A DNA stretch of 64,000 nt, from IMG/VR virus record IMGVR_UViG_2513237100_000001, positions 22,043 to 86,042 of that record. The stretch is one strand, 5' to 3'. A program made the translations under genes and the position numbers. Source of the stretch: a virus. Lineage: Duplodnaviria > Caudoviricetes. This document shows positions 36,607 through 46,261 of this stretch, piece after piece; positions within the stretch are counted from its first letter, which is position 1; every line of letters starts with the position of its first letter. A model generated the notes under the pieces. That model did no database searches, was not told where the DNA came from, and saw only the letters and a program-made list of their open reading frames with translations.

Positions 36607-37659
36607 TCACGCCCCGAGGACGGTCGCGGAGATGTGGATGTCCGGGACGTACAGGACGGGCATGCCGATCGCGGCGCCGCGGGAGTAGATCTGCACCGGG
36701 TCGTCTTCGACCTTGGTGACGACGACGATGCCCGGGGCCTCTTCGCGGGTCAGGGCGGGGTTGGTGCCGGAGGTGAACTTCATGGACTCGCGGGTGACGC
36801 CGTACTGGGTCTGTCCCCACTCGGAGGCCGGAACTGCCGGGATCATGATCCACTTATTGTCGGGGAGGACCCGCTTGTACACGTCGTCGTCCCAGACCTG
36901 AACGTCGTACGTGACGATCGGCGGGAGCCCGTACCTCGACCTGACCGTGTCGACCTCGTTCGGGGCGAGCGTCGCCGTGGGCGTACCCCCGATCGTCGAG
37001 GACCCGTAGAACGCGGCCCGATACTCGGCGTTCGACGCCAGCAGGGCGCGGGCCCGACGGGACGTGATGATCTCGCGCGGGGCGGGGGCCCCGTTGTCGA
37101 CGAGGTAGTCCATCCACGCCCGCTCGTCGGACAGGGGGGTGGCGGCCGGGTCGTCCCACAGGACGCCTGCGGTCGGCATGTTCTCCGCCGGAACGTTCCA
37201 GTCGACGTCCAGACCGAGACCAGGCAGGTTGACCGAACCGGTAGCCAGGAGCTGACCGGCAGCGAGTTCCTGGGACGTCTTGATGGACTCGACGTGCCGC
37301 TCCGTGTCGGAGTACAGCAGGTCGATGTACTCCTGCGTGTTCTTGCCGTGGCCGACGTCGAGGAGGATCTGGTCCATCTCGGAGACGGCGAGGGTCTGGC
37401 CCAGGGCGGGCAGCATGCCCTCGTTCACGACACGCTCGGCCTGGCGCTTCGCCATGGCCGTCGGCGCGTCGTATGCCCGGAACTTCGCGGCGTTGACGCG
37501 GCGCTTCGCGGATGTGGTGCGGAACCGGATGCCCTGGATCTGCTTCTCGGGCAGAACCTCGCGGGTCAGGCGGTAGTTCGCGGGGGTATCGATGGCGCGG
37601 GCGAACACCGTGAGGTCGGTGTCGTTCGTGTCGCGCAGGAGGAGCTCAAGAGCCTCCAT
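36607..37659 (-). CDS. major capsid protein (lambda-E-like)
   Basis: AAKFRAYDAPT...LWDDPAATPLSD...GMPVL. Confidence 0.9.
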   Translation of the reverse strand: MEALELLLRDTNDTDLTVFARAIDTPANYRLTREVLPEKQIQGIRFRTTSAKRRVNAAKFRAYDAPTAMAKRQAERVVNEGMLPALGQTLAVSEMDQILLDVGHGKNTQEYIDLLYSDTERHVESIKTSQELAAGQLLATGSVNLPGLGLDVDWNVPAENMPTAGVLWDDPAATPLSDERAWMDYLVDNGAPAPREIITSRRARALLASNAEYRAAFYGSSTIGGTPTATLAPNEVDTVRSRYGLPPIVTYDVQVWDDDVYKRVLPDNKWIMIPAVPASEWGQTQYGVTRESMKFTSGTNPALTREEAPGIVVVTKVEDDPVQIYSRGAAIGMPVLYVPDIHISATVLGA

Positions 37660-37674
37660 GGTGATCTCCTCCTT

Positions 37675-38427
37675 CTACCGGTAGTGGATGTTGACGCCGG
37701 GGGCCACCGCAGTGACGTTCGCCGGGTCGAGGGGGACGGGAAGCTCTCCGGCGAAGATCTCGCCGCGCCACAGCAGGGCACCGGCGGCCTTCGTGGAGGT
37801 GGGGTTGAAGCTGATCTGCGAGACGAGGAACCCGGCGAGGACCTCCGTGCCGTCCGATGCGGCTGCGGCGCCACCGGCGGTGGTCGTGGTGACGGTGACG
37901 GCCGGGTCGGTGCCGCCGGACAGGTTGGTGCCGGAGGCGGTCATCTGGGCGACGTTGTCGCCGGTGAACTGCCCGCCGAACGTGACGGTGACCGGGGTGC
38001 CGGGGAGGGCGCCACCGCCGGTGACGACGTCACCCGGGTTGATGTTCGACAGCGCCTCGAGAGCCGTCCGCACCTGCGCGGCGGTTGCGTTGTACGGGAT
38101 GCCGGAGGTGGTCTGCCCGGAGAACGTCAGCGTGTACGTGCCGCCGGTCGGGCCGCCGGTGATGGTGACGGTCTGGACCTCGGATGTGACACCTGCGAAC
38201 GGGGCGTACAGACCCGACGCGGTGACCTTCCCGAGGGGGATCCCGGACTTCATGACCGTACGGCCCTGGAGCAGCGGGTTCGACGCGACCACGTAGTGGG
38301 TGCCGGCCTCGAACTTCGTCAGGTCGAGGGTGATGGTGTTGGTGTCCTGGACTCCTACCAGGGACGCGAGCCACGGCCGGTCGGCTGTGACGCTGTCCGT
38401 GTAGGAGTAGGGCTGGAAGTCGTTCAC
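37675..38427 (-). CDS. head decoration protein with inserted domain
   Basis: TITLDLTKF...SGIPLGKVTASGLYAPF [insert] ASDGTEVLAGFL. Confidence 0.8.
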   Translation of the reverse strand: MNDFQPYSYTDSVTADRPWLASLVGVQDTNTITLDLTKFEAGTHYVVASNPLLQGRTVMKSGIPLGKVTASGLYAPFAGVTSEVQTVTITGGPTGGTYTLTFSGQTTSGIPYNATAAQVRTALEALSNINPGDVVTGGGALPGTPVTVTFGGQFTGDNVAQMTASGTNLSGGTDPAVTVTTTTAGGAAAASDGTEVLAGFLVSQISFNPTSTKAAGALLWRGEIFAGELPVPLDPANVTAVAPGVNIHYR

Positions 38428-38537
38428 AGCTCTCTCCTCGTGCTGCGGTGTGCGGTGACAGCTGCACCCCTGGGGGTGTGCGTCCACGAGGAGGAGGGCG
38501 TGGTCCCAACCCCAGCCGGTGGCCGGGAAGTCTGCGG

Positions 38538-39287
38538 TCAGGCGGCGGGCTTGTGGCCGCGAAGTCGGGCCATTTCCCGGCCGCGGTCTCCGGGCTTGCC
38601 GGTGGGGGTCTGTCGTGCGGGAGGTCCGCCTGCGGGTGCACCGCTGGGGGCCGGGGGGAGCTGCGGGGTCTGGGCCGACGGGTCGGCGGCTGTGCGGGCG
38701 GCACCGAAGAGTTCACCGCGGCGGCCCTTCAGCGCTTCGGCAGCTTCGGTGATCGTGGTGTCGTCGGCGTCGTCGGGGACACGCAGGAGAGCGACAGCGT
38801 CCTCAAGGTCGACGCCAGTCGCCCCGAGTCCGACGAGGATGGCCCGCCGGTTCGCGATCCGCTCACGCTCGGCTGCCGCCTTCTCACGGGCGTCGGCACG
38901 GGCCTCACGGTCGGCGAGGTCGCGTTCCTTCTTCTCCTGCTCGGACAGCCGCGCTTCCTTGGCCTTGCGGCCTTCCTCGATGAACGCCTTCGCGTCGTCG
39001 AGGTTCGAGAATCCGAGGTCGGCGGCGACCTTCTCGAGAGCAGCCCTCGCGCCGGCACGTTCGCCCTGGGCTTTCTCCTTCGCGGCGAGCGCGGTGAGGT
39101 CGTCCTGAGTGAAGGTGCGCTGGGCGGGCGGGCCCGGCTTCGGGGGGTCCTGCGGGCTCGGTGCGCCACCGGCGGGCGGGTCGCCGCCGTCGTTGTAGAA
39201 CACCCCGAGGGCGGGGACACCGGCGTACGGGTGCACCCACGCCGACTGGATGGTGGGGGTGTTGTGGTGCTGCGTGGGGCGACGCAT
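38538..39287 (-). CDS. scaffolding protein
   Basis: RTFTQDDL...coiled coil; between portal and capsid. Confidence 0.8.
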   Translation of the reverse strand: MRRPTQHHNTPTIQSAWVHPYAGVPALGVFYNDGGDPPAGGAPSPQDPPKPGPPAQRTFTQDDLTALAAKEKAQGERAGARAALEKVAADLGFSNLDDAKAFIEEGRKAKEARLSEQEKKERDLADREARADAREKAAAERERIANRRAILVGLGATGVDLEDAVALLRVPDDADDTTITEAAEALKGRRGELFGAARTAADPSAQTPQLPPAPSGAPAGGPPARQTPTGKPGDRGREMARLRGHKPAA

Positions 39288-39352
39288 GAGCGCAAGTCCT
39301 CCCAGACTTGTTCCAGGCCCCGCGCCTTGATCCAAGGAAAGCACAGCCCTGG

Positions 39353-41215
39353 TCATTCGTTGCCCCTGGTCGGCTGCTGCCCTTGGTCGGCGGGTACATC
39401 CGGCAGGTTCACCGCGGGTGCTTTGTCAACGCTCGGCGCCTTCAGGCCGAGGAAGTCAGCGACCTCCTGTGTGCTGTTGAGTGCGTCGGCGAGGAAGCGG
39501 GCCTGCTCGAACTGGCGGGACTGGATCTGTGCGATCTCCGTCTCGACGTCGTCAATGGGGAACCCGGCGTCGGTGAGCATTCGCACCCCGGTCTCCAGGG
39601 ACAGGACTCCCTTCTCCACACCGCTTGCTACCTGCTCCAGGACGGCCGCCTTGTCGGTCGGGGTGTACGGGCCGCGGACAAGGAGAGCGTCTTGGGGCGT
39701 GATGCCCGCCCAGTCAGGGTGCTGGCCGGCCATGAAGAGGCGCTGCGCAAACTTGAGGATGAGGCTTTCTTTGTGTTCGCGGGCCAGGCGCATGCTGCCG
39801 ATGAGGGAGTCGAGGGGGCCGAGGCTGATCTGCATGGCGAAGCCGGAGGGGACCTCGGACGGGCTGAGGGTGCCCAGGGATACGGCGGGAAGCCGGACGA
39901 TGGTGGAGGCCCGGTCCTTGAGGTCGGCAACGTGGTTGCGGAGCTCGGCCAGGGCCCGGGACGTGTCGACGGCGCTGAGCTTCCCGTTCTCCCCCAGCTT
40001 GAAGACCATGCCGGGGCCAGCTGCGAGTTCCTGCCGCGGGTCGGTAACGCCGGATACGGCCAGCATCGGCAGGCCAGTCGTGGCGGATGCTCGGGCGGAG
40101 TCGGTGTCGGAGCCGGCGAGCTCATCGAACACCTGCAAGGCCTTCGCGAGGGACGACTGGCCCCAGTGCTCTTCGGCGGGCGGGACCGTGTTGGGGACGT
40201 GGATGACCGGGATGAAGTCGATGAGGAGGTCGAGGTGGTCGAGGACTTCACCGTCGGACCGGGTGGCGTAGGTGGCGCTGGTGGCGGGAAGGGAGTCGAC
40301 GTCGATGTTGCCCTTGAGGTCGCCGATGACCCAGGTGGCGTCGGTGAGGTAGCAGGTGAAGTAGGAGGGTTCGTCGTTCCACGCGTACTGGCGGGCGATG
40401 GCCCCGGAGGCGGGGTCGACCATGTCGCCAGGGCTCAAGGTGGGGCCCGCGGGGTCTGTGGCGTCCGGGTCGGACTCGGGGGTAGGGGGAAGGGCACGGA
40501 CGGCCCGTGTGCCAGTCTCGTCGACCCCAGCAACGGTCAGGGGACGGATCCAGTCCAGCTCGTAGGTGATGCGACGCAGGCGGGCTTTCAGGCCGCGCTT
40601 CGGGTCCTCGGGGAGCTCCCACGCGAAGTGGACGCGCCGCGGGTACTCGCCGCCGTCGTCGTCCTCGCCGATGACGGGGAAGTAGAAGCCGGGGTCGGTG
40701 ACGCGTAGGGTGGGGCGCTTCTTCGCCGGGTCCCACGCCATGCGGTACACGCCGTCTCCGAGGGCGACGGTCTTACGTTCGCACTGCTGAAGTCGCATGG
40801 GGAGCAGCTCGGCCTTCGCCCAGTCCCGCAGGAGGGCCTGGACGCGTTCCGCCGCAGCGATTGACGCCTCGGCCGCTTCTCCCGCGGTGGACTGCTCTGC
40901 CCCGGGGACCACGATCTTCTGGTCTCGGCCGAGGACGTTGGAGACGAGCGTGTCGATGAACATGCTCGGGTCGCCGAACTCGCGGCGGTCCCGGGCGCCC
41001 GCACCATCGACGACCTCTGCGATTTCTGAGGCCTGGTTGTGGTCGTAGGCGGACAGCAGCTTGTATGCGGCGAGACGCCGTTCGTCTTCGGCGGGCACCC
41101 ACATGGCCTGCGCTTCGGGGAACGCCCGCCGGTTGGGCATGCCCTGGCTGTCGGAGTAGACCGGCTTGTAGTTCAGCCAGCTCCATGCGTGGATGGCGAT
41201 CTGCCTGAGACCCAC
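39353..41215 (-). CDS. portal protein
   Basis: Follows terL; FIPVIHVPN...WGQSSL...PSGFAMQI. Confidence 0.8.
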   Translation of the reverse strand: MGLRQIAIHAWSWLNYKPVYSDSQGMPNRRAFPEAQAMWVPAEDERRLAAYKLLSAYDHNQASEIAEVVDGAGARDRREFGDPSMFIDTLVSNVLGRDQKIVVPGAEQSTAGEAAEASIAAAERVQALLRDWAKAELLPMRLQQCERKTVALGDGVYRMAWDPAKKRPTLRVTDPGFYFPVIGEDDDGGEYPRRVHFAWELPEDPKRGLKARLRRITYELDWIRPLTVAGVDETGTRAVRALPPTPESDPDATDPAGPTLSPGDMVDPASGAIARQYAWNDEPSYFTCYLTDATWVIGDLKGNIDVDSLPATSATYATRSDGEVLDHLDLLIDFIPVIHVPNTVPPAEEHWGQSSLAKALQVFDELAGSDTDSARASATTGLPMLAVSGVTDPRQELAAGPGMVFKLGENGKLSAVDTSRALAELRNHVADLKDRASTIVRLPAVSLGTLSPSEVPSGFAMQISLGPLDSLIGSMRLAREHKESLILKFAQRLFMAGQHPDWAGITPQDALLVRGPYTPTDKAAVLEQVASGVEKGVLSLETGVRMLTDAGFPIDDVETEIAQIQSRQFEQARFLADALNSTQEVADFLGLKAPSVDKAPAVNLPDVPADQGQQPTRGNE

Positions 41216-41249
41216 CAGATACCCCTCTGCACCAGGCCCCGCGCCATGT

Positions 41250-41289
41250 GATCAGCGTACGGGCGATGCGGTGAGGTGCTGCCCCTGGT
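41250..41289 (-). promoter_or_regulatory. ACCAGGGG-box promoter (portal)
   Basis: Same boxes and spacing as 19382-19421; followed by a GGCGCGGGGCC leader. Confidence 0.7.
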
Positions 41290-41524
41290 CTGGGCAGAGC
41301 AGGCTTCCTAGCCCTTCCGGGTGATTACCCGCAGGTAGGGGTGAACGAATGCCCGGATATTGCGGGTTGCCCGCCGATACACGCCCCGGATGGTTCGGAG
41401 GGTCACCACGAGGACGTAAAGTGGTGCGCCACGGATCGTTCACCGCAGCTTCCTGAACGGCCCCCTGGGACGCACGTGTGCTTGGGGTACCGCACCTCGG
41501 GCCTGACCCTGCAGGGGGAAGCTG

Positions 41525-41605
41525 ATGGAGAACGAAGAGCCGGACTGGAACTTCTGGTGCTTCGTGATCGCTGTCATTGAGTTGGCCGCTCAGGCGATGA
41601 CGTAG
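41525..41605 (+). CDS. 26-aa hydrophobic peptide (type I toxin-like)
   Basis: MENEEPDWNFWCFVIAVIELAAQAMT; GGGGGAA RBS; terminator follows. Confidence 0.5.
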   Translation: MENEEPDWNFWCFVIAVIELAAQAMT

Positions 41606-41642
41606 CTGTAGGTAGAAGCCCCAATCCGGGTCCGTGGCGGAC

Positions 41643-41672
41643 GGCCGCCTCCCAACCAGGGAGGCGGCCTTC
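41643..41672. terminator. intrinsic terminator
   Basis: GGCCGCCTCCC-AACCA-GGGAGGCGGCC-TTC. Confidence 0.75.
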
Positions 41673-41812
41673 TGCGTTGCAATGCATCAGCTAGTGCGTT
41701 GGGCCAGCGTACTCGCCTTTCCATCGATTTTTAAAATCTGCACGGATTGACACCTGCTCAAAACGCCGATCTGCACGTATGCCGGGATCTGCGAATCCAC
41801 GCACATCGTCGA

Positions 41813-43378
41813 TCAGCGGCGCCCAAACAGCCTGGTGTCCGAGTACGTCTCGCTTCTGATCGATGCTGTTGCTGGATCTGCTAGTTCGGTCAGTGCATGC
41901 ACAGCAGCATCCATGCGGTCGGGGCTGTCGAGGCCTGGCACCCAGGTGACCATCTGCGTTTCGAGCTGGTTGAACTCGGCGCAGTGATGGACCTGTCCTG
42001 TCTCGTACAGCTGGGCGATCGGCTCAGCGCGGAGTCTCTTGCCCTTCTTCGCGGTGACGTCGACGATCCGCGGCATGAGCTGGCCGCCGGTCTTGCCTTG
42101 GCGTTCGAGTTCGGCCCAGGCCTGGACGACGTTCTGGCGGGCCATGTCGCCTCCGTAGTTCGTTTCGACGACGATCGCGTCGGCGCCCAGGTCGAGGGCG
42201 AGGAGGCAGGTTTCGCGGCCGCGGGCTTCGGCGGAGTGGGTGCCGGTGCGATCGGCAAGGACGTAGTAGTGGCCGTCGGTGGACCGGCCAGCGGCTACGA
42301 TGCCGGATTCGTCGTGGCCGGGGGTGTCGCCTCCGGCGGGGTCGAGGGCGACGACGACACGGGACAGGTCGACGGCCCGGAACGCGATGGGGCTGATGCG
42401 GTTGTCGGTGATCCAGGGCCATTGCCACACTCCGCCTTCGAGGGGTCGGGGTTGCTGCTGGTAGAGGGACCACCAGACGCGCTCGCCGACTGCCCTACGG
42501 GTCCGTTCCAGCTCTTCGGCGTCGTATTGCTCGGGCCACAGGGCTTCGCCGGGTGCGCGGCCTAGGGGGTCGTCATCGGACAGTGCTATGGCCGGCAGGT
42601 CGATGAGGGTCCAGTTCTCGGGTTCGGTGGCGAGGATGCGTCCGGACAGGTCGTCTTCATGCCAGCGTGTGTTGATCAGCACGATTGAGGCGCCGGGGGC
42701 TCGGCGGGTGTAGAAGACGGACTGGTACCACTCCCACTTGCGTTCGCGTTGGGTGGGGCTGTTGGCGTCCTCGCTGCCCTTGAATGGGTCGTCGATGATG
42801 CCGAGGTTAAAGCCCTTTCCGTTCAGTGAGCCTCCGACACCAGCGGTGACCATGCCGCCGCGGACGGAGGATCCGCGGGGCTGTTCGAGGTCGAAGCGGT
42901 TGGCGGCACGGGAGCCGTCGTCGAGGCGTACTCCCAGGGTGTGGGTGTACTCGCGGAGCTGGTCGCGGACCCAGCGGCCGTGGTCGTCCGCCAGTTCGGC
43001 ACCGTATGAGGCGAGCATGACTCGGTGGGTGGGGTGGCGGCGTAGGTACCACAGGGGGCCCCAGCGGGAGGCGCGCTGGCTCTTCCCGTGCCTCGGCGGG
43101 CAGGTGATCATCACCTGTATGCGTTCACCGGCGGCGATCCGCCGGAACACGTTATCGATCATGTCGAGGTGTGGGGCCTGCTTCTCCCTGCCTTCGGTGA
43201 GGACGGAAGCGAGGGCGCCTGGGGAACGGTCCATGGCCATCTGCCGTTCCACCCAGGCGAGGCGGAGACGAACATCGGGGCCGGCCTGCGCGACGATGCG
43301 TCGGCGTTCGAGAACGGGAAGCTCCCGGTAGTGATGGAGCAGTGCGTCCTCAAGGAGGTCACCCGTCAGTGTCGCCAC
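41813..43378 (-). CDS. terL: terminase large subunit
   Basis: PPRHGKS Walker A, IIDDPFK, NTRWHEDDL, ALDPA...DESGI, SPDRMDA. Confidence 0.95.
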   Translation of the reverse strand: MATLTGDLLEDALLHHYRELPVLERRRIVAQAGPDVRLRLAWVERQMAMDRSPGALASVLTEGREKQAPHLDMIDNVFRRIAAGERIQVMITCPPRHGKSQRASRWGPLWYLRRHPTHRVMLASYGAELADDHGRWVRDQLREYTHTLGVRLDDGSRAANRFDLEQPRGSSVRGGMVTAGVGGSLNGKGFNLGIIDDPFKGSEDANSPTQRERKWEWYQSVFYTRRAPGASIVLINTRWHEDDLSGRILATEPENWTLIDLPAIALSDDDPLGRAPGEALWPEQYDAEELERTRRAVGERVWWSLYQQQPRPLEGGVWQWPWITDNRISPIAFRAVDLSRVVVALDPAGGDTPGHDESGIVAAGRSTDGHYYVLADRTGTHSAEARGRETCLLALDLGADAIVVETNYGGDMARQNVVQAWAELERQGKTGGQLMPRIVDVTAKKGKRLRAEPIAQLYETGQVHHCAEFNQLETQMVTWVPGLDSPDRMDAAVHALTELADPATASIRSETYSDTRLFGRR

Positions 43379-43913
43379 CAGCGTCCTCCTGGTCGCTGTT
43401 ATCCGCGGTCGGGGTGTTCGGTTGGCCGGCGTATCCGATGAGGGTGTTCAGCTCGTCGAGTGATCCGCTGCCGAGCGGTACGGCGCCTCCGTCTGGGCCG
43501 GACAGTTCGGTGCGCTGCGGCATGTCGAGCCCGTTGAGCTTGGCGCGGCGGTCCATGAGCTTGAGGACGGTGTCGACGGCCTTGAGGTCGATCTCCTCTC
43601 CGACGATCTCGCGTTCCTTGTTGAACACCGGGCTGGGGGTGGTGGCCTTGTCCCAGACAGCTTCGAGGAGGGAGTCGAGGCGCTCGTTCTCCTGCTGCCG
43701 GTACACGCTCGCCTCCGCCTTCTCGGCGTCGCGGGCTTCTTCGAGGGCGCGGATGAGGTCCTTAGAGGCGCCTTGGACGCTGGAGTAGCCGAGGCAGGTG
43801 GGGGATTCGGGGCCGGTGATGCGGGGGTCGTCGTAGCGGATGCCTTCACGGCGGTAGGCGATGAGTTTGGCGCGGCGGGCGCTGATGGCGGCTTGGGTGG
43901 CTTTGGAGTGCAT
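43359..43913 (-). CDS. terS: terminase small subunit
   Basis: HTH plus AVDTVLKLMDRRAKLNGLD...ELSGPDGG; upstream of terL. Confidence 0.85.
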   Translation of the reverse strand: MHSKATQAAISARRAKLIAYRREGIRYDDPRITGPESPTCLGYSSVQGASKDLIRALEEARDAEKAEASVYRQQENERLDSLLEAVWDKATTPSPVFNKEREIVGEEIDLKAVDTVLKLMDRRAKLNGLDMPQRTELSGPDGGAVPLGSGSLDELNTLIGYAGQPNTPTADNSDQEDAGGDTDG

Positions 43914-44032
43914 GGCGGTGGGGCTCCCGCGTCTCGTCGTTGTTCTGGTTGGGCCCCGCGCCTGTTACTGATGATCCCCGATGTCCGGGTTTTGCTTCCC
44001 CCTGGTGGGTGGGGGGTGTCATCCTGCGCGGC

Positions 44033-44734
44033 ATGAACATGATGCGCGGGGTGGGGGTTGTGGCTGCGGGTGTGGCCGCGGTGGTGTTGGCGGGCTGTGG
44101 TGGGGGCGGGGAGGGGGACGTGGGGGCGAAGGCGTCCTCGAGCCCGTCCGTGACGGCATCGCCGGATCCGGAGGAGTCGGTGGAGGAGCCGGTGTATCCG
44201 GCCGGCCCGGAGGGTGACATCGACCGCCTGGCGGATGAGGAGGGCTGGGTTGTTGACGACTTGTACGAGTCGGCATCCGAGTTCGTGGCGGACATCTGCG
44301 ATTCGCTGCCGGACAGTAGTGCGGGCGGTGCGTCGCGGCCGCAGTGGTTGGCGGAGTCCGGGAACTTCGACGGGGACGGGAAGGACGTCTTGCAGGCGGG
44401 GGTCCCGAAGTTGTGCCCGAAGTGGTCGAAGACGCTGACAGAGGCGGTGTCTGGGGACTATGAGCGGTGGTTCGGGAACGGCACGTTCCTGGTGTCGTCG
44501 AAGTCGCCGACTGCGGCACAGTTGGAGGGCGACGAGGATGTGCAGACGATTCCGCCGGGCACATACCGGGCGGCGGGCAGCATGGAGGACTGCTACTGGG
44601 AGCGGACGTCGGAGTCCGGGGAGATCGTCGACAACAGTTTTGCGACGTCGGCCAGGGTGATCACGGTGACGATCGCCTCATCGGACGGGCAGTTCACGTC
44701 GCGGGGGTGCGCGGTGTGGAAGCCGGTGAAGTAG
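44033..44734 (+). CDS. lipoprotein
   Basis: Lipobox LAGC; C-terminal IPPGTYR...CYWER domain; opposite strand to neighbours. Confidence 0.8.
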   Translation: MNMMRGVGVVAAGVAAVVLAGCGGGGEGDVGAKASSSPSVTASPDPEESVEEPVYPAGPEGDIDRLADEEGWVVDDLYESASEFVADICDSLPDSSAGGASRPQWLAESGNFDGDGKDVLQAGVPKLCPKWSKTLTEAVSGDYERWFGNGTFLVSSKSPTAAQLEGDEDVQTIPPGTYRAAGSMEDCYWERTSESGEIVDNSFATSARVITVTIASSDGQFTSRGCAVWKPVK

Positions 44735-44747
44735 CTGACCGGAATGG

Positions 44748-44783
44748 CGAAGACCCCACCAGGGGGGAGTCTGGTGGGGTCTT
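44748..44783. terminator. bidirectional terminator
   Basis: GAAGACCCCACCAG...CTGGTGGGGTCTTC. Confidence 0.75.
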
Positions 44784-44928
44784 CTGTTGTCCGCCTCCCA
44801 GCGGAGTGTGTGGCACGGCCCGGCTGGTGGTCCGGGCGCGGGGACACCGTGAGACTGCCGTTCGGGCCGTGCGTGTCTAGCGTGGCGTATGAATGCTGGT
44901 TTGTCCGGGCTGGTCTTCCCCGGGTTGT

Positions 44929-45348
44929 CTACAGCTGCCGATACCGTGCGGCAACGTTCAGTGCGGTTTGGGTGGCGACGCGGCCGTCGTACTGTCTGAG
45001 CGCGTCAGCCAAAGCCTCGGCAGGGGTGTGGTCGGTGGAGCCTTCCCGGGAAAGCGGGGCGTAGGAGAAGACCGCAGCGCCGGACGGGGTGCGGTCGCTG
45101 CCGTGAGGGTTTCGGTCGGATGGCCACGGCTCTGGCCAACCGTCGGGGAGCACGCTGGTCTTGGGCCACAAGTAGATGTTGACGCGAATGGTTCCGAGGC
45201 CCGGGTTTTCCTCGCGGGCTTTTTCTACGATCGACCGCGCTACGTCCCACTCTTTGATGGTGTCGTCGACTGTGGTGTGTCCGGCGGCGAGCCGGGTCCG
45301 ATCACGGGTGTCGTCGGTGATTCGCCAGGCGTAGATGCGATCGGCCAC
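44929..45348 (-). CDS. hypothetical protein
   Basis: GGAGG RBS before GTG. Confidence 0.6.
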   Translation of the reverse strand: MADRIYAWRITDDTRDRTRLAAGHTTVDDTIKEWDVARSIVEKAREENPGLGTIRVNIYLWPKTSVLPDGWPEPWPSDRNPHGSDRTPSGAAVFSYAPLSREGSTDHTPAEALADALRQYDGRVATQTALNVAARYRQL

Positions 45349-45531
45349 TCAGTCCTCCCAGGACATTTCGGGGACGGCGGGGAGCCCGGCCACCTCTCGC
45401 CGGGCCATCTCGCGGCGCACCGAGTTGGCGCTTTCCGGGCTGAGGCCGGGGGCGTTGCGGCCCAGGAGGGTGTCGCGGTGTGCGTCCGGCTCGATGTCGT
45501 CACCGATGTAGGACTCGGGGTTGTAGCTCAT
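45349..45531 (-). CDS. hypothetical protein
   Basis: AAGGAG RBS; MSYNPESYIGDD. Confidence 0.6.
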   Translation of the reverse strand: MSYNPESYIGDDIEPDAHRDTLLGRNAPGLSPESANSVRREMARREVAGLPAVPEMSWED

Positions 45532-45673
45532 GGTGGTCTCCTTCCAGTGGGTGTGGTCATACCCCTGCTGTGGCGCTAGATGGCCATAAACGGCATTTTC
45601 GGGGCCGGTGTGGCTGGTGGGGTTCGTCATGCGGCGAGGGAGACGGCTGCTGTCGTGGTGCGGCGCGTGGCGG

Positions 45674-46177
45674 TCACTCGGGGAGCTGGTTCCGGGTGTG
45701 GGCGATGACGCCGCGGGTCTGGGTGTGAATGGCCCGCTGGTCGACGGTGACGTTCCCGTTGTAGTGGTGGTGGACGGGTGCGGGCAGTGCTTCGGCAACG
45801 GTCTTGGCTTTGCCGACGAGTCGGGCGATGGCGAGGACGAGCACGGTGGGCGCCCCGAAGGCGATGGCGCAGACCGTGGGGTCGGCGTACCCGGAGGCGA
45901 CCATGACGAGGGACGCGCCGCCGCCGACCATGAGGGTGGCGGCTCCGCCGGTGAGCATGAGGGTGCTGACGTCGGTGGCTTTCTGGGACATTGGGGGCCG
46001 GCCGGGCTGAGGTACGGGCGGGGTGGCGCCGACGACCGGGAGCGGGGTGTCATCGCGGTAGGCGGTGGCGTGCTGGGCGGCAAGGGCTTCCTCGACGGCG
46101 TTGATGAGGTCGGTGGCAGTGTTGGCGGGCTGCCCGGCCGTGGCGGTGGGCTACTGATGGTCGGGCAGGCGGTTCAC
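45674..46177 (-). pseudogene. plasmid-type membrane protein with in-frame TAG at codon 9
   Basis: AAGGA RBS + VNRLPDHQ*PTAT...TAYRDDTPLPVVGATPPVPQPGRPPMSQKATD...two TMs; stop at 46151-46153. Confidence 0.65.
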
Positions 46178-46261
46178 GGTGAGGTTCCTTACGCAGTGGT
46201 GGGTGAGAGGGCGCAAAAAGCCCCCGGGTGCGACCCGGGGGCTTCCTGGTCGTGTGTCGTG

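Noticed and set aside
36634-39108. 824-aa + strand ORF
   Set aside because: Antisense shadow of the capsid, decoration and scaffold genes.
45340-45360. TGA read-through joining 45349-45531 to 44929-45348
   Set aside because: A GGAGG RBS precedes the GTG, so two adjacent genes is the simpler reading.
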